A stretch of DNA of 64,000 bases from Spirochaetota bacterium (lineage in GTDB: Bacteria > Spirochaetota > UBA4802 > JAFGDQ01), in NCBI GenBank assembly GCA_043803405.1, contig JAZDKB010000018.1, forward strand, positions 64,001 through 128,000. Reading direction: 5' to 3'. Below the pieces are notes generated by a model. It was given only the letters and a program-made list of their open reading frames with translations. It was not told the origin of the DNA and made no database searches. The position numbers and the translations under genes are program-made. Shown here one piece after another: positions 61,180-64,000 of this stretch. Numbering within the stretch: position 1 is the stretch's first letter; every line of letters begins with the position of its first letter.

Positions 61180-61290
61180 GCCAGAAGGGATTCTATACAA
61201 ATAGCTGGGAGATATAATATAAATTTTTCAGCATAGATAGTTCCCCCTTTAAAAGGGGGAACGGCCGCAAAGCGGCCGAGGGGGTGTAAG
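61171..61290. repeat. ~120-bp direct repeat, copy 1
   Basis: Matches 63545-63663; last 63 nt 58/63 identical. Confidence 0.85.
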
Positions 61291-61292
61291 CA

Positions 61293-61409
61293 GCAAAGGC
61301 GTGCTGAGAAGCAAAGACGGAAACAGGCGAATATAGGTGAAAAGTTTTCTGGATGGTACAGACTTTCGGGAGCTTTCGTTCTTGAAAGCAATAGTGATCG
61401 AAGCAGCAG
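61293..61409 (+). repeat. Motif-bounded repeat unit 1
   Basis: 61299-61409 is 102/111 identical to 62431-62541. Confidence 0.9.
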
Positions 61410-61596
61410 AGCACGGATTAAAAGCAACGGCAAAGGTTATAAAAATCTAATGACTAGAAAGTGTAAAAAATATAATTTTCCCCTTGACTTTAAGGGCATT
61501 AATTACGACCATATTAATAGATCACCCCGTTTGCTTCGGCGGCGGGCGCAAGGCTGTCTTTCGAGACGGCCTTTGCTATTTTAAGAGGGTAATCTA

Positions 61597-62223
61597 ATGG
61601 TTCCCATGCGAACTGTTGTTTATATTGATGGTTTCAATCTTTATTATGGAACAATAAAGGGTACACCTTATAAATGGTTGAATCTTGATGCACTTTGCAA
61701 AGCGTATCTTAATACAGCAAAAAACGATATTCAAAAGATAAAATATTTTACTGCTCTTGTGAAAGCACGACCCCATGATCCAGACCAGACTAGTCGCCAG
61801 CAAACATTTTTACGGGCTCTTAAAACTATACCTCATCTTGAGATCATCTTAGGCCATTTTCTTTCTCATGAGGTCGTTATGCCTCTTGCAGATGGAACAG
61901 GTTATGTAAAAGTAATTAAAACAGAGGAAAAGAAATCGGACGTAAATATTGCTGTACATATGTTGCATGATGCTTATAAAAATCTTTATGATCTGGCAGT
62001 GCTTATTTCAAATGATTCTGATCTTTCGGAACCTTTACGAATAATTAAAGAAGAATTTAATAAAAAAATAGGAATTATTAATCCTCATAAAAAACCAAGC
62101 CGTGAACTTGGCAAATATGCTCTTTTCCAGAAACAGATAAGGTTTGGTACTCTCGCAGTATGTCAATTTCCAGTTCAAATGAAAGATAAGCATGGAATTA
62201 TTTATAAGCCTGGGAAATGGTAA
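61597..62223 (+). CDS. NYN (LabA/DUF88) domain PIN-fold nuclease
   Basis: YIDGFNLYY, EEKKSDVNIA, SNDSDL. Confidence 0.92.
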   Translation: MVPMRTVVYIDGFNLYYGTIKGTPYKWLNLDALCKAYLNTAKNDIQKIKYFTALVKARPHDPDQTSRQQTFLRALKTIPHLEIILGHFLSHEVVMPLADGTGYVKVIKTEEKKSDVNIAVHMLHDAYKNLYDLAVLISNDSDLSEPLRIIKEEFNKKIGIINPHKKPSRELGKYALFQKQIRFGTLAVCQFPVQMKDKHGIIYKPGKW

Positions 62224-62424
62224 GATAAGAATTAAAGTTATTTGGTAAAATTTATATCAACTGGTATACAAACAGAGCAAGCAATTGCAATAAATTACTC
62301 ATGAGAGACGATATTGTCAGATAGCGCAATCGCAGACAAGCATGAAACGTCGTGAGCTGTCACTTGTAACAGCGACCGGAAGCAGCAAAGACGGATTAAA
62401 AGCACAGGCGTGCGGGCAGTCTTA

Positions 62425-62541
62425 TCAGCAGCGTGCTGAGCAGCAAAGACGGACACAGGCGAACATAGCTGAAAAGTTTTCTGGATGGTACAGACTTTCG
62501 GGAACTCTCGTTCTTGAAAGCAACAGCGATCGGAGCAGCAG
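62425..62541 (+). repeat. Motif-bounded repeat unit 2
   Basis: Matches unit 1; preceded by an extra motif at 62366. Confidence 0.9.
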
Positions 62542-62571
62542 GGGCGGAGTGAGGGCACAGACCTTCGGATT

Positions 62572-62904
62572 TCAGCCTTTAAAGATTTTTATAACAGTAT
62601 TAATTATTTCGCTGAATTTCTGAACTTTAAGTGAGCCAATTTTATATAGTATGATTTTTGAATCAGCTGTAAAAATTTTATTTGGCCGGATATTGCTCTC
62701 TTTAAAAATAGTGCCTTCAGAGAAATCATCAGCGGATAACCCCACAGCGAGTGAATCATAAACTTTCTGACTTGTTATTTGACAGAGAATCAGATCATTG
62801 TTAGACGAGTTAGTCAGAACAAGAGCCGGCCTTCGTTTTGCGTTCGTTAAATCGAAATATGGAAAAGGAATAACGACAACATCTCCTTTTACAAATTTTT
62901 CCAT
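62572..62904 (-). CDS. PemK/MazF family toxin
   Basis: KGDVVVIPFP, KRRPALV, CQITS. Confidence 0.9.
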   Translation of the reverse strand: MEKFVKGDVVVIPFPYFDLTNAKRRPALVLTNSSNNDLILCQITSQKVYDSLAVGLSADDFSEGTIFKESNIRPNKIFTADSKIILYKIGSLKVQKFSEIINTVIKIFKG

Positions 62905-63080
62905 GCTTCGTCCTCTACAGGCGAGAGCCAGTCTTTTTCAAGTGATGATTCAGAAAGAATATATGTATCGAGCTTGTCCAGTTTTTTTTGTTCAAGAAAG
63001 CGTACAAAATCGAGCACCTCTGCAAGCATTGGCTCCGGCAGGTTTTCTATTTCTTTAATTATTATATTTTTAGAATTCAT
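62889..63080 (-). CDS. DUF2281-like antitoxin
   Basis: LPEPMLAEVLDFVRFL...DWLSPVEDEAWKNL; overlaps the toxin start. Confidence 0.85.
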   Translation of the reverse strand: MNSKNIIIKEIENLPEPMLAEVLDFVRFLEQKKLDKLDTYILSESSLEKDWLSPVEDEAWKNL

Positions 63081-63261
63081 GATTTACCTTTGTTATTAAG
63101 TATAATAGTAAATTTTAATGTAAGTCAATTGAATTTAAATTATATAGTTCAAAAAAATTAGTCAAGTCAAAAAGTATTGATTATGACAATAACGATAGCA
63201 TAAAAATGACATTTATGCAATGAAGCAATGGAGTAGCAAAAAAGTGCGAGAGCTCAAAACA

Positions 63262-63377
63262 GCAACAGCGCTCGTGCGCAGCAGAGAGATTACAGACTAA
63301 CATAGCTGAGAGATTATCTTGACGGCACAGACGTACGGGAGCTTTCGTCCGGGAAAGCAAAGGCGATCGGAGCAGCA
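63262..63377 (+). repeat. Motif-bounded repeat unit 3 (diverged)
   Basis: Shares AACATAGCTGA, ACAGAC, CGGGAGCTTTCGT, GAAAGCAA and GCGATCGGAGCAGCA with units 1 and 2. Confidence 0.8.
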
Positions 63378-63544
63378 GGGGCTGTTATATTACAGGATAA
63401 AAGACATAAATGAAATGGGACAGGAAGTATTTACAGGCAACCGCCTTAAATCCGGCCAGTATAATACCGAGATACTTAACCGCAGAGGCGGCGCAGAAAG
63501 GGAAAAAGAAGAGCCTGTACTTGCAGGAGCAAAAGCATAAGGGC

Positions 63545-63663
63545 GGCCGCAGGCCGGAAGGGAATTTATGCAAATGACTGAAAGAGATAAAATAAGTTTT
63601 TCAGCAAAGATTGTTCCCCCTTACCAAGGGGGAACGGCCGCAAAGCGGCCGAGGGGGTGTAAG
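63545..63663. repeat. ~120-bp direct repeat, copy 2
   Basis: Matches 61171-61290. Confidence 0.85.
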
Positions 63664-63714
63664 TAGCAACAGCGAGCGAACCAGCAATGACGTAATGATC
63701 AGAATCGTTAACAT

Positions 63715-63743
63715 GTAGGGGCACGGCAAATCGTGTCCATTAC
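63715..63743. repeat. Degenerate GTAG REP
   Basis: GTAGGGGCACGGCA followed by a decayed right arm. Confidence 0.65.
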
Positions 63744-63759
63744 CAGATAGATTCTCTGC

Positions 63760-63975
63760 TTAGTTATTCATAATCATATACTCGGCAATCGCTGTCGATT
63801 CCGGAACCGGAATATTATCTTCGGCCAGGCCTTGTAAATGAAGTTCAATTGCCTCATACATATTTTTTTCAGCTTGCTTTATGGTTTTTCCAGTTGCAAT
63901 GCATCCGGGCAAATCGGGTGAAAACGCAGAATAATTTTTTTTTGCTTTTTCTATGATTATTAAAAATTTTTGCAT
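63760..63975 (-). CDS. hicB: HicB family antitoxin
   Basis: YSAFSPDLPGCIATG...EAIELHL; partner may lie beyond the window. Confidence 0.9.
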   Translation of the reverse strand: MQKFLIIIEKAKKNYSAFSPDLPGCIATGKTIKQAEKNMYEAIELHLQGLAEDNIPVPESTAIAEYMIMNN

Positions 63976-64000
63976 AATAAGTTATTCCTTATTCTTTAAT

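Noticed and set aside
61122..63573. Short ORFs across the repeat units
   Set aside because: No frame is kept in all three units and substitutions are not mainly synonymous
61293..63686. Classical integron attC array
   Set aside because: No RYYYAAC/GTTRRRY ends, units are not overall palindromes, and no intI in the window

Overview
AT-rich chromosomal segment. It is probably from an anaerobic Spirochaetota lineage related to Leptospira (inferred from a DUF1577-like gene, batCDE, fliW/csrA/fliS, thyX and a class III RNR). The first ~32 kb is mostly housekeeping: two tRNA-Ser, dnaX-ybaB-recR, der, batCDE, thyX, split nrdD plus nrdG, fliW-csrA-hprK-ptsH-ntrYX, purC, fliS and prfB. The stretches 32.5-44.4 kb and 53-64 kb are accessory. 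They contain about nine toxin-antitoxin-like modules, mosaic secreted genes (an S74-chaperone protein, two paralogous propeller lipoproteins and a 1907-aa SpvB/FG-GAP/Rhs toxin), a damaged REP-associated tyrosine transposase (RAYT) and a DUF559 endonuclease. Five signals are least explained. (1) A cassette-like region at 61.2-63.7 kb, where a 21-nt motif recurs eight times, including three doublets spaced exactly 95 bp apart, between NYN/MazF/HicB genes and inside a ~120-bp direct repeat. (2) Hairpin repeats tied to the RAYT and DUF559 genes that carry polarised, decaying tandem half-copies (18-bp and 28-bp periods). (3) A duplication in which two different hairpin families occupy the same homologous site. 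(4) A candidate multi-helix ncRNA at 53.25-53.43 kb. (5) TA pairs heading housekeeping operons. All calls come from reading the sequence by eye; no searches were run.
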